Below are positions 1-11,302 of a DNA stretch of 64,000 nt, piece by piece. Position 1 is the first letter of the stretch. Each line of letters starts with the position of its first letter. The position numbers were made by a program, and so were the translations under genes. Under the pieces are notes generated by a model, which saw nothing but the letters and a program-made list of their open reading frames with translations, had not been told where the DNA came from and did no database searches. Origin of the DNA: Mobula hypostoma (lineage: Eukaryota); NCBI RefSeq assembly GCF_963921235.1, contig NC_086097.1, positions 245,150,001 through 245,214,000 on the forward strand, given 5' to 3'.

Positions 1-525
1 TCCTGCCTGTCCTTTCGATACAAAGTATATCCTTTGATGTTAAGCTCCTGGCTATGGCCTTCTTTCAGCCACGACTCAGTGACGCCCACAACGTCATACC
101 GACCATTCTGTAATTACTTCACGAGTTCATCCACCTTATTCTGAATGCTACGCGCATTTAAATACAGCACTTTCAGTTGCATTCTTCGCCCTTTTTAATT
201 TTGCCTCTATGGTACAATTTAACTCTTTGCTCTGTCTGCACTTGTATCCACTCATTGTCCTTCCTTACATTCATGTTACATCCATCATCTACTTGTAAAC
301 CTGCTGGCTCAACCTCACCTCTATCCTACTGGTTCCAATCCCTTGTCTTGTAGTTGAAACAACCCCCAACAGCTCCAGTAAATCTTCCCACAAGAATATT
401 GGTTCCCCCTTGCATTCAAGTGGAACCTGTCCCCTTTTTACAGGTCACAGCTGCCCTAGAAGAGGTCTCAATTATCCAGAAATCTGAAACCCTGCCTCTT
501 GCTCCAATTCTTCTGCCATGCATTC
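1..525 (-). mobile_element. Degenerate CR1 LINE: ORF1 esterase (SGNH-like) C-terminus and ORF2 APE endonuclease N-terminus
   Basis: Minus strand reads NAW..WSKRQGFRFLDN*DLF*G..L*KRDRFHLNARGTNILVGRF (CR1 ORF1 end), then VLYLNARSIQNKVDELV...YDVVGVTESWLKEG..ELNIKGYTLYRKDR (APE start); contains in-frame stops. Confidence 0.8.
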
Positions 526-689
526 TTCCAGATGGACTATTCATTGTAATTAAATTGTATCATCCATGAAGTAAGTAGTTGTGTTTTGTCCCTCTGCTAC
601 CATTCCTCTTAACACTGAGCCATGTGTTGTTTCACCACCTGTCTGAACAGTCATTTAGATTACAAGCTTTGGCTCAAGTGCAGGGCACG

Positions 690-1459
690 GGTAAAAGGAC
701 CCAAATGGCATTTGTATACAGGCCTCCAAACAATAGCTAGGATGTTGAATATAGTTTACAGCAGGAGATAGTAAAGGCGTGTCAGAAAGGCAATGTCATG
801 ATAATCTTTGGGGATTTTAACATGGAAGTGGATTGGGAACACCAAGTCAGTACTGGACCTCGAGAGAGAGTATTTATAGAATTTATGGCTTTTTAGAACA
901 GCTTGTTGTTAAGCCCACGAGGGGATCAGCTGTGCTGGATTGGGTGTTCTGCAATGATCCAGAGGTGATAAGAGAGCTTAAGGCTAAGGAACCCTTAGGG
1001 AATAGTGATCACAATACAATCGAGTTCACATTGAAATTTGAAAGGGAAAAAATAAAATCCAATGTGTCATTATTTCAGTGGAATAAAGGAAATTACAATG
1101 GCATGAGAGGGGAACTGGCCAAAGTTGACTGAAAAGGAATACTTGCAGGAAAGACAACAGAGCAGCAATGGCTGGAGTTTCTGCAAAAACTGAGGGAACT
1201 GCTAGACAGATATATTCCAAATAAGAAGAAATTTTCAAAGGGACAAAGGACAGTACCGTGGCTGACATGTGAAGTCAGAGCCAAAATAAAAGCAAAAGAG
1301 AGGACATACAAGGAAGCCAGAGCTAGTGGGAAGATAGAGGATTGGGAAGCTTTTAAAAACTTGCAGAAGGAAACTAAGAAGGTCATTCGGAGGGAAAAGA
1401 TTAATTATGAGAGGAAGCTGGCAATTAATATCAGAGAAGATACCAAAAGCTTTTTTAAG
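690..1459 (+). mobile_element. Older CR1 LINE, 5' part (APE remnant and linker), interrupted by a young CR1
   Basis: VYRPPN, GDFN, LDWV and SDHN APE motifs with stops and frameshifts; ends at EDTKSFFK and resumes at 4357 as YMESKRELRVDIGP. Confidence 0.85.
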
Positions 1460-4075
1460 GCTTTATGTATCAATGCAAGGAGCATTTGTAATAAGGTGGA
1501 TGAATTGAAAGTGCAGATTGTTATTAATGATTATGATATAGTTGGGATCACAGAGACATGGCTCCAGGGTGACCAGGGATGGGAGCTCAACGTTCAGGGA
1601 TATTCAATATTCAGGAGGGATAGACATGAAGGAAAGGGAGGTGGGGTGGCGTTGCTGGTTAGAGAAGAGATTAACGCAATAGAAAGGAAGGACATAAGCC
1701 GGGAAGATGTGGAATCGATATGGTTAGAGCTGCGTAACACTAAGGGGCAGAAGACGCTGGTGGGAGTTGTGTACAGGCCACCTAACAGTAGTAGTGAGGT
1801 CGGAGATGGTATTAAACAGGAAATTAGAAATGTGTGCAATAAAGGAACAGCAGTTATAATGGGTGACTTCAATCTACATGTAGACTGGGTGAACCAAATT
1901 GATAAAGGTACTGAGGAAGAGGATTTCTTGGAATGTATGCGGGATGGTTTTTTGAACCAACATGTCGAGGAACCAACTAGAGAGCAGGCTATTCTGGACT
2001 GGGTTTTGAGCAATGAGGAAGGGTTAATTAGCGATCTTGTCGTGAGAGGCCACTTGGGTAAGAGTGACCATAATATGGTGGAATTCTTCATTAATATGGA
2101 GAGTGACATAGTTAATTCAGAAACAAAGGTTCTGAACTTAAAGAGGGGTAACTTTGAAGGTATGAGACGCGAATTAGCTAAGATAGACTGGCAAATGACA
2201 CTTAAAGGATTGACGGTGGATATGCAATGGCAAGCATTTAAAGGTTGCATGGATGAACTACAACAATTGTTCATCCCAGTTTGGCAAAAGAATAAATCAA
2301 GGAAGGTAGTGCACCCGTGGCTGACAAGAGAAATTAGGGATAGTATCAATTCCAAAGAAGTAGCATACAAATTAGCCAGAGAAAGTGGCTCACCTGAGGA
2401 CTGGGAGAAATTCAGAGTTCAGCAGAGGAGGACAAAGGGCTTAATTAGGAAGGGGAAAAAAGATTATGAGAGAAAACTGGCAGAGAACATAAAAACGGAC
2501 TGTAAAAGCTTTTATAGATATGTAAAAAGGAAAAGACTGGTAAAGACAAATGTAGGTCCCCTGCAGACAGAAACAGGTGAATTGATTATGGGGAGCAAGG
2601 ACATGGCAGACCAATTGAATAATTACTTTGGTTCTGTCTTCACTAAGGAGGACATAAATAATCTTCCAGAAATAGTAAGGGACAGAGGGTCCAGTGAGAT
2701 GGAGGAACTGAGTGAAATACATGTTAGTAGGGAAGTGGTGTTAGGTAAATTGAAGGGATTGAAGGGATTGAAGGCAGATAAATCCCCAGGGCCAGATGGT
2801 CTGCATCCTAGAGTGCTTAAGGAAGTAGCCCAAGAAATAGTGGATGCATTAGTGATAATTTTTCAAAACTCGTTAGATTCTGGACTAGTTCCTGAGGATT
2901 GGAGGGTGGCTAATGTAACCCCACTTTTTAAAAAAGGAGGGAGAGAGAAACCGGGGAATTATAGACCGGTTAGCCTAACGTCAGTGGTGGGGAAACTGCT
3001 GGAGTCAGTTATCAAGGATGTGATAACAGCACATTTGGAAAGCGGTGAAATGATCGGACAAAGTCAGCATGGATTTGTGAAAGGAAAATCATGTCTGACG
3101 AATCTCATAGAATTTTTTGAGGATGTAACTAGTAGAGTGGATAGGGGAGAACCAGTGGATGTGGTATATTTGGATTTTCAAAAGGCTTTTGACAAGGTCC
3201 CACACAGGAGATTAGTGTGCAAACTTAAAGCACACGGTATTGGGGGTAAGGTATTGGTGTGGGTGGAGAATTGGTTAGCAGACAGGAAGCAAAGAGTGGG
3301 AATAAACGGGACCTTTTCAGAATGGCAGGCAGTGACTAGTGGGGTACCGCAAGGCTCAGTGCTGGGACCCCAGTTGTTTACAATATATAATAATGACTTG
3401 GATGAGGGAATTAAATGCAGCATCTCCAAGTTTGCGGATGACACGAAGCTGGGTGGCAGTATTAGCAGTGAGGAGAATGCTAAGAGGATGCAGGGTGACT
3501 TGGATAGGTTGGGTGAGTGGGCAAACTCATGGCAGATGCAATTTAATGTGGATAAATGTGAAGTTATCCACTTTGGTGGCAAAAATAGGAAAACAGATTA
3601 TTATCTGAATGGTGGCCGATTAGGAAAAGGGGAGGTGCAACGAGACCTGGGTGTCATTATACACCAGTCATTGAAAGTGGGCATGCAGGTACAGCAGGCG
3701 GTGAAAAAGGCGAATGGTATGCTGGCATTTATAGCGAGAGGATTTGAGTACAGGAGCAGGGAGGTACTACTGCAGTTGTACAAGGCCTTGGTGAGACCAC
3801 ACCTGGAGTATTGTGTGCAGTTTTGGTCCCCTAATCTGAGGAAAGACATCTTTGCCATAGAGGGAGTACAAAGAAGGTTCACCAGATTGATTCCTGGGAT
3901 GGCAGGACTTTCATATGAAGAAAGACTGGATGAACTGGGCTTGTACTCGTTGGAATTTAGAAGATTGAGGGGGGATCTGATTGAAACGTATAAGATCCTA
4001 AAGGGATTGGACAGGCTAGATGCAGGAAGATTGTTCCCGATGTTGGGGAAGTCCAGAACGAGGGGTCACAGTTGA
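1361..4075 (+). CDS. CR1 ORF2 (APE endonuclease and reverse transcriptase); chimeric N-terminus from the host CR1, frameshifted C-terminus
   Basis: 904-aa ORF in the track; the first ~33 aa come from the older element; the C-terminal 65 aa continue in ORF 4072..4269. Confidence 0.85.
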   Translation: MQKETKKVIRREKINYERKLAINIREDTKSFFKALCINARSICNKVDELKVQIVINDYDIVGITETWLQGDQGWELNVQGYSIFRRDRHEGKGGGVALLVREEINAIERKDISREDVESIWLELRNTKGQKTLVGVVYRPPNSSSEVGDGIKQEIRNVCNKGTAVIMGDFNLHVDWVNQIDKGTEEEDFLECMRDGFLNQHVEEPTREQAILDWVLSNEEGLISDLVVRGHLGKSDHNMVEFFINMESDIVNSETKVLNLKRGNFEGMRRELAKIDWQMTLKGLTVDMQWQAFKGCMDELQQLFIPVWQKNKSRKVVHPWLTREIRDSINSKEVAYKLARESGSPEDWEKFRVQQRRTKGLIRKGKKDYERKLAENIKTDCKSFYRYVKRKRLVKTNVGPLQTETGELIMGSKDMADQLNNYFGSVFTKEDINNLPEIVRDRGSSEMEELSEIHVSREVVLGKLKGLKGLKADKSPGPDGLHPRVLKEVAQEIVDALVIIFQNSLDSGLVPEDWRVANVTPLFKKGGREKPGNYRPVSLTSVVGKLLESVIKDVITAHLESGEMIGQSQHGFVKGKSCLTNLIEFFEDVTSRVDRGEPVDVVYLDFQKAFDKVPHRRLVCKLKAHGIGGKVLVWVENWLADRKQRVGINGTFSEWQAVTSGVPQGSVLGPQLFTIYNNDLDEGIKCSISKFADDTKLGGSISSEENAKRMQGDLDRLGEWANSWQMQFNVDKCEVIHFGGKNRKTDYYLNGGRLGKGEVQRDLGVIIHQSLKVGMQVQQAVKKANGMLAFIARGFEYRSREVLLQLYKALVRPHLEYCVQFWSPNLRKDIFAIEGVQRRFTRLIPGMAGLSYEERLDELGLYSLEFRRLRGDLIETYKILKGLDRLDAGRLFPMLGKSRTRGHS

Positions 4076-4359
4076 GGATAGAGGGGAAGCCTTTTAGGAC
4101 CGAGATTAGGAAAAACTTCTTCACACAGAGAGTGGTGAATCTGTGGAATTCTCTGCCACAGCAAACTGTTGAGGCCAGTTCATTGGCTATGTTTAAGAGG
4201 GAGTTAGATATGGCCCTTGTGGCTACGGGGGTCAGGGGGTATGGAGGGAAGGCTGGGGCGGGGTTCTGAGTTGGATGATCAGCCATGATCATAATAAATG
4301 GCGGTGCAGGCTCGAAGGGCCGAATGGCCTACTCCTGCACCTATTTTCTATGTTTCTAT
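1460..4359 (+). mobile_element. Young CR1 LINE (family A, variant A1), near-complete ORF2 and 3'UTR, 5'-truncated at the APE start
   Basis: APE motifs (NARS, TETWL, GDFN, SDH) and RT motifs ([23 protein letters not shown]); 3' stem GGGCCGAATGGCCT and (TTTCTATG)n tail; 1-bp deletion near 4072 frameshifts the C-terminus. Confidence 0.95.
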
Positions 4360-6180
4360 ATGGAGAGTAAAAGAGAGTTGAGGGTAGATATAGGACCCAC
4401 ATAATGACACTGGAGATATTGTAATGAGAGATGCAGAGATGGCAGAGGAACTGAATGTGTATTTTGCATCAGTCTTCACAGTGGAAGACATCTGCAGTAT
4501 ACCAGACATTCTAGAGTGTCAGGGAAGTGGAGTTTGTGCAGTGAAAATTACGACTGAGAAGGTGCTCAGGAAACTTATTGGTTGACTGGGTGGATAAATC
4601 TCCCGGACCTGATGGAATGCACCCACGGGTTCTGAATGAAGTAGCTAGAGAGCTTGCAGAGGCATTAACGATGATCTTTCAAGAATCAATCGATTCTGGC
4701 TTTGTACTGGATGAGTGGAAAATTGCAAATGTTTCTCTGCTATTTTAAAAGGGTGGGAGGCAGCAGAAGGGAAATTGTTGACCTGTTAGCCTGACATCGG
4801 TGGTTGGGAAGTTGTTGGAATCGATTGTTAGGGATGAGATTATGGAGTACCTGGAGGCACATGACAAGATAGACCAAAGCCTGCATGGGTTCCTGAAAGG
4901 AGAGTCCTGTCTGACAAACCTACTGCAATTCTTTGAGGAAATTACAAGCAGGGTAGACAAAGGAGATGCAGTAGACGTGGTGCAGTTGGATTTTCAGAAG
5001 GCCTTTGACGAGGTGCCGCACATGAGGCTGCTTAGCAAGATAAGAGCCCATGGAATTACAGGGAAGTTACTAGCATGGGTGGAGCATTGGCTGGTCGGCA
5101 GAAAACGGAGAGTGGGAATAAAGGGATCCTATTCTGGGTGGCTGCCAGTTACTAGTGGAGTTCCGCAGATGTTGGTGTTGGGACCGCTGCTTTTTACGAT
5201 GTATGTTAATGATTTGGACTACGGTATTGATGGATTTGTGGCTAAATTTACCGATAATACCAAGACAGGTGGAGGAGCAGGTAGTGTTGAGGAAACAGAG
5301 AGCCTGCAGAGAGACTTGGATAGTTTAGGGGAATGGGCAAAGAAGTGGCAAATGAAATACAATGTTGGAGAGTGTATGTACATGCACTTTGGTAGAACAA
5401 ATAAACGGGCAGATTATTATTTCGATGGGGAGAGAATTCAAAATGCAGAGATGAAAAGGGACTTTGGAGTCCCGGTGCAAGATGCCCTAAAGGTTAACCT
5501 CCAGGTTGAGTCGGTTGTGAAGAAGGCGAATGCATTGTTGGCGTTAATTTCTAAAGGTATAGAATATAAGAGCAGGAATGTGATGTTGAGGCTCTATAAG
5601 GCACTCGTGAGACCACACTTGGAGTATTGTGTGCAGTTTTGGGCTCCTTATTTTAGAAAGGACATATATTAGAGAGGGTTCCGAGAAGATTCACAAGAAT
5701 GATTCCAGGAATGAAAGGGTTACTGTATGAGGAATGTCTGGCAGCTCTTGGACTGTATTCCTTGGAGTTCAGGAGAATGAGGGCGGATCTCATTGAAACA
5801 TTCTGAATGTTAAAAGGCCTGAACAGATTAGATATGGCAAAGTTATTTCCCGTGGTAGAGGGTTCTAAGACAAGAGGGCGTGACTTCAGGATTGAAGGAC
5901 GTCCTTTTAGAACAGAGATGCGGAGAAATTACTTTAGTCAGAAGGTGGTAAATCTGTGGAATTTGTTGCCACGAGAAGCTGTGGAGGCCAAGCCGTTGGA
6001 TGTACTTAAGGCAGGGATAGATAGGTTCTTGATTAGCCAGGACATCAAAGGGTATGGGAGAAGGCAGGGGAGTGGGGATGACTGGAAGAATTGGATCAGC
6101 CCATGATTGAATGGCAGAACAGGCTCGAAGGGCCAAATGGCCTACTTCTGCTCCTATATCTTATGGTCTTATGGTCTTAA
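4357..6180 (+). mobile_element. Older CR1 LINE, 3' part (RT pseudogene and (TCTTATGG)n tail)
   Basis: ORFs 4800..5672 and 5807..6106 are decayed RT (FTDN in place of FADD); tail tcttatggtcttatggtctt at ~6159-6178. Confidence 0.9.
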
Positions 6181-6245
6181 GTGGGATTGAAGGGAATTGT
6201 ACCAATTAGTCTTAATGTATTTATTGTTTAACAAAACAAAACCTT

Positions 6246-6283
6246 CAGTCCTGATGAAGGGTCTCGGCCTGAAACGTCGACTG
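6246..6283 (+). ncRNA. Minimal type I hammerhead ribozyme from a Penelope-like element terminal repeat
   Basis: cagtc-CTGATGA-agg gtctcgg cct-GAAA-cgTC-gactg: perfect stem I (cagtc/gactg), conserved core, stem II, palindromic ACGT stem III; predicted cleavage after C6278. Confidence 0.8.
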
Positions 6284-7124
6284 CACCTCTTCCTACAGAT
6301 GCTGCCTGGCCTGCTGCGTTCACCAGCAACTTTGATGTGTGTTATTTATATGAGATTACTTTTCTTTGCTGGTTATATGGAATCCATTTAGACAGCATTG
6401 ATTTACTGGTTTATATTTGTAAGTTAAAATGAATTGGAATATCCAGAGTCAGAATAGTCATACGGACAGAAGCAGGCCTTTCAGTCCATTGTATACATGG
6501 CAACAATCAGGAAGTCTTCCATGCTAAACACACGTACCAGCTCCTGGTCCATAGCCTTATATTTGTTGGCAATTTAATTACTCATCCAGATACTTAAATG
6601 TCATGAGTGCCTTTCAATACTCTCCAGGCTGAAACCACACTTACAATGAAAAAACTTCTTCCTTAGAATCCTCCTCATTATTCACTCACTATAATCCTGT
6701 GCCTCTGTTGGGTCACCCTCCCCCATATCCCCCAACCTCCTCTTCTCTGAGGAAAGCAACCCAGACTTTCCAATCCGTTGTTATAAATGAAATGTTACAT
6801 TCAGGCAACATCCTAGTAAATCTCCTCTACACCCTCTCCAGTGAAATAATGTCCATCCTATTGTGTGGCAACCAGAAATGCATGTGATGGTGTACAAAGA
6901 TCGTTATCTTTGTACACCCACTGTAGGCTAATCAAAGGGTTTATAAATCTGTACTTCAATATTCAGGCTCTTGTATAATCAGCAACAACTGATGAAGGAA
7001 AACCTCCCATCTCCTTCATTTACCAGTTGTGCTGCCATCTTTAGGGATGTGTGGGCTCCTGTGAGTTCTCTGAAAGTGTATCACCTCTCACTTGGTGAAA
7101 TTAAATTCCATTTGCCCTTGTAAA

Positions 7125-7232
7125 ATGGTCTGAACAACAACTGAACCTCTTGACCATGACTGCATGCTTTGAGTTGCTGCCATATGATTGGCTGATTAGA
7201 TACTTGCATTAATTAAGAGAGCACTCAGTGTA
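7125..7232 (-). mobile_element. Tc1/mariner terminal fragment
   Basis: Matches the right end (15394-15512) of the Tc1 derivative at 14899-15510 and ends in TA. Confidence 0.65.
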
Positions 7233-7611
7233 TAGTTCAGAGCTATAGTCAGCAGTGTCACCAATTGTTGTGTGATCTTCAAAATTACTAATTTAATCAC
7301 TTCAACCAAGCAGTTAATGCCTATGAAAAACTTTAAGAGCCTGTTGTCAATCTCAGTGGTACACCACTGGTCACAAGCTTCCAATCACATAAGCAATCGT
7401 CCTCCGTCGCCCTCTATTACCAACCTGACCTTTAGATCCTTTTTGCCAACTTGCCATGGATCCCATGTTCTGTAACAGTTTTGGACCTTGTCAAACACCT
7501 TTCTGAAGTCTGGGTAGTTTGTTGGACAGATAGATTGTTCCTACCATTCTCTGTAAGGAGTTTGCACGTTCTCCCTGTGACCACATAGGTTTCCTCCGGG
7601 TGCTCCGATTT

Positions 7612-9432
7612 AGAACATAGAACATAGAATAGTACAGCACAGTACAGGCCCTTCGGCCCACATTGTGCTGACCTTCAAACCCTGCCTCCCATATAACCCC
7701 CTACCTTAAGTTCCTCCATATACATGTCCAGTAGTCTCTTAAACTTCACTAGTGTATCTGCCTCCACCACTGACTCAGGCAGTGCATTCCACGCACCAAC
7801 CAACCTCTGAGTAAAAAACCTTCCTCTAATATCCCCCTTGAACTTCCCACCCCTTACCTTAAAGCCATGTCCTCTTGTATTGAGCAGTGGTGCCCTGGGG
7901 AAGAGGCGCTGGCTATCCACTCTATCTATTCCTCTTAATATCTTGTACACCTCTATCATGTCTCCTCTCATCCTCCTTCTCTCCAAAGAGTAAAGCCCTA
8001 GCTCCCTTAATCTCTGATCATAATGCATACTCTCTAAACCAGGCAGCATCCTGGTAAATCTCCTCTGTACCCTTTCCAATGCTTCCACATCCTTCCTATA
8101 CTGAGGTGACCAGAACTGGACACAGTACTCCAAGTGTGACCTAACCAGAGTTTTATAGAGCTGCATCATTACATCGCAACTCTTAAACTCTATCCCTCGA
8201 CTTATGAAAGCTAACACCCCATAAGCTTTCTTAACTACCCTATCCACCTGTGAGGCAACTTTCAGGGATCTGTAGGCATGTACCCACAGATCCCTCTGCT
8301 CCTCCACACTACCAAGTATCCTGCCATTTACTTTGTACTCTGCCTTGGAGTTTGTCCTTCCAAAGTGTACCACCTCACACTTCTCCGGGTTGAACTTCAT
8401 CTGCCACTTCTCAGCCCACTTCTGCATCCTATAAATGTCTCTCTGCAATCTTTGACAATCCTCTACACTATCTACAACACCACCAACCTTTGTGTCATCT
8501 GCAAACTTGCCAACCCACCCTTCTACCCCCACATCCAGGTCGTTAATAAAAATCATGAAAAGTAAAGGTCCCAGAACAGATCCTTGTGGGACACCACTAG
8601 TCACAATCCTCCAATCTGAATGTACTCCCTCCACCACGACTCTCTGCCTTCTGCAGGCAAGCCAATTCTGAATCCACCTGGCCAAACTTCCCTGGATCCC
8701 ATGCCTTCTAACTTTCTGAATAAGCCTACCGTGTGGAACCTTGTCAAATGCCTTACTAAAATCCATATAGATCACATCCACTGCACTACCCTCATCTATA
8801 TGCCTGGTCACCTCCTCAGAGAACTCTTATCAGGCTTGTTAGACATGATCTGCCCTCACAAAGCCATGCTGACTGTCCCTGATCAGACCATAATTCTCTA
8901 AATGCCCAGAGATCCTATCTCTAAGAATCTTTTCCAACAGCTTTCCCACCACAGACATAAGTTTGAGGATAAAGGGGAAGCCTTTTAGGACCGAGATTAG
9001 GAAAAACTTCTTCACACAGAGAGTGGTGAATCTGTGGAATTCTCTGCCACAGGAAACAGTTGAGGCCAGTTCATTGGCGATATTTAAGAAGGAGTTAGAT
9101 ATGGCCCTTGTGGCTAAAGGGATCAGGGGGTATGGAGAGAAGGCAGGTACAGGGTTCTGAGTTGGATGATCAGCCATGATCATACTGAATGGCGGTGCAG
9201 GCTCGAAGGGCCGAATGGCCTACTCCTGCACCTATTTTCTATGTTTCTATGCTCACTGGCCTATAATTACCCGGACTACCCCTACTAGCTTTTTTGAACA
9301 AGGGGACAACATTCACCTCCCTCCAATCCTCCGGTACCGTCCCCATGGACAACGAGGAGATAAAGATCCTAGCCAGAGGCTCAGCAATCTCTTCCCTCGC
9401 CTCGTGGAGCAGCCTGGGGGATATTCTGTCAG
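7612..9432 (-). mobile_element. CR1 LINE family B, 5'-truncated, RT ORF 7675..8811
   Basis: RT motifs [25 protein letters not shown]; (TTCTATG)n tail at 7612-7630; interrupted at 8961-9250. Confidence 0.9.
8961..9250 (+). mobile_element. Young CR1 family A (variant A2), 3' fragment
   Basis: Near-identical to 4070-4359; host reads acagacataa|gctcactggcc across the insertion. Confidence 0.9.
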
Positions 9433-9950
9433 GGATATTTCCTGCTACATTCCAAAGACATACCAGTTGGTAGATTAATTGGTCACTGTAAATTGTCCCG
9501 TGACTAGGCTAGGATGCTGGGAGGGCCTATTCCACACTGTATCTGAATAAATTTTAAAAATAAATAATATCGAAATATCAGATGAGGATCACTGATGTTG
9601 GGTTGGAGGTGTGTACTGTAGCTCCAGTTGAGCACTCAGCTATACCTGATGTATTTATAACTGAGGTGGATATCCAAGATTGTTTTTTATTATTCTTCAG
9701 TACACAAGTGTAAAGGAAAATGAAATGATTGTTACTCTGAACCCAATGCCATATTAAAAAAAACACAATAAACATAAAGAACACAAGACAAAAAACACAG
9801 TAGATAGATACATGGATGGGAGAGGACTGGGTGCAGGTCAATGGGACTAGCGGAATAAAGTTTTGGCACAGACTAGAAGGGCCGAATGGCCTGTTTTCTG
9901 TGCTGTAGTGTTCTATGGTTCTAATAAATATAAATATATAAGATTAGCTT

Positions 9951-10425
9951 ACGCCAGACATTGTCCTAGTGTCTGAGTCGACTAAGCAAGTGCTGCTGCT
10001 GGAGCTGACAGTCCCATGGGAAGATAGCTTGGAAGATGCCTTTGAAGGGAAGCTCTCCAAGTACGCAGGACTGGTCAGCAACTGTCAGCAGGCTGGATGG
10101 AGAGCGAGGTGTCTCCCAGTGGAGGTTGGTTGTAGGGGATTCGTAGCCCGTTCTTTAGTTAAAACCTTCAGCATTTTGGGCATCGAGGGAGAGAGGAAGA
10201 GGAGAGCCATCCGCAGTACCACCGATGCGGCAGAGAGGGCCTCAAGATGGCTGTGGCTCAAAAGAGGGGAGCCATGGAGTCATAGGTAGCTAGCCATCTG
10301 GACACAAGCTGGGGTCTGATCAGCCCCGGCTGGGTCACCTGGAGGAGGTTGTATGATGTTGAAAGACCCGAAACACCCGATGATTCCAGGAACATCACTG
10401 AAGATGTGTCCAGAAGCATCAAGAG
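9951..10425 (+). mobile_element. HERO-type non-LTR retrotransposon 3' end (restriction-like endonuclease)
   Basis: RPDIVLVSESTKQVLLLELTVPWE..KLSKY..PVEVGCRGF..AAERASRWLWLKR: PD-(D/E)xK REL domain of the HERO type. Confidence 0.85.
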
Positions 10426-10529
10426 ATGTATGTACACAACATACATGGACATGTAAAAACTCCTGTCCGCTGCAGTGCAGTTTCCGTACCACAGAGTGAT
10501 GGTTGTGTTTAGAGTCTCATCTGTTGAAG

Positions 10530-11112
10530 GTCAAAGTTCAAAATAAATTTATCAAAGTTACATATATGTCACCTTTACTACCCTGAGATTCATTTCTTGT
10601 GGGCATTCCCAGTAAATGCAAAACATAGTAGAATCAATGAAAAACAGATGGGGAAATGACAAATGTTCAAAAGAAGACAAACTGCAAAAACCAAAAAATA
10701 AACTAGTAAGAATAATAAATGATTAATAAATAATATTAACATGGTTGTAGAGACCTTGAAAGTGAATCTGTAGATTGTGGAATCAATTCAGTGTTGAAGT
10801 GAATGAAGTTATCCACACTGGTTCAAGAGCCTGATGGTTGAAGGGTAATTCCTGAACCTGGTGGTGTGGAACCTAAGACTCCTGTGCCTCCTTCCCGATG
10901 GCAGCAGAGAGAAGCGAGATGGTAGGCGTCCTTGATAATGGATTCTGTTTTCCTTTGGCTGCGCTCCATGTAGGTGTGTTCAGTGGTTGCAAGTATTTGC
11001 GTACATAGATGAGCTCCCTTCTGCCTCTTCAGAAAGTAAATAAGTTGGGGAGCTTTCTTGACTGTGGAGGATGTGTTCTGGGCCATGAGAGGTTTTGCAA
11101 GATGTGCTCACC
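10530..11112 (-). mobile_element. Rex1/Babar LINE 3' fragment (decayed)
   Basis: KKAPQLIYFLKR...SIIKDAYH RT C-terminal remnant; same 3'UTR as the other Rex copies. Confidence 0.7.
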
Positions 11113-11133
11113 TTCTGAAAATTTGTTTTGCAG

Positions 11134-11185
11134 ATGGTTCACAACCTCCAAGATGAAAGTTGCTTTATAATCAGCACAGTGAAAG
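11134..11185 (+). CDS. UBP1/TFCP2L1: Penultimate coding exon of a CP2/LSF (TFCP2-family) transcription factor: MVHNLQDESCFIISTVK
   Basis: tttgttttgcag acceptor, AAG|gtaatt donor, 52 bp, phase 0 to 1; peptide matches the recalled family C-terminus (human UBP1 MVQNFQDESCFLFSTVKAESSDGIHIILK; TFCP2L1 MVQNFQDESCFVLSTIKAESNDGYHIILK); paralogue not resolved. Confidence 0.9.
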
Positions 11186-11264
11186 GTAATTGTTTTCTTA
11201 AGCAGCTTGTAAATGTAGCCTAATGTTAAGCAGACTGATACTATATATTTTTTTTATTTTACAG

Positions 11265-11302
11265 CTGAAAATATGGAAGGCTACCATGTGATTCTGAAGT
11301 AA
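11265..11302 (+). CDS. UBP1/TFCP2L1: Terminal coding exon of the CP2-family gene: AENMEGYHVILK*
   Basis: 79-bp gt..ag intron with a long poly-T tract (ttttttttattttacag); splicing G|CT keeps the frame to TAA at 11300-11302. Confidence 0.9.

Larger units (their letters stand above)
7545..9560 (+). mobile_element. V-domain SINE (HE1-like), split by CR1 insertions
   Basis: ggagtttgcacgttctccctgtgacc..ggtttcctccgggtgctccgattt (7557-7611) resumes as tttcctgctacattccaaagac..tagattaattggtcactgtaaattgtccc (~9437-9500). Confidence 0.75.

Noticed and set aside
531..570. Exon-like segment (cttccag...GAA|gtaagt) in the intron
   Set aside because: Stops in all three frames and no CP2-family similarity; at most a cryptic exon
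1594..2370. Antisense ORFs over CR1 (also 3178..3582, 18273..18677, 19467..20126, 53445..53849)
   Set aside because: Shadow frames repeated only because the LINE copies are near-identical
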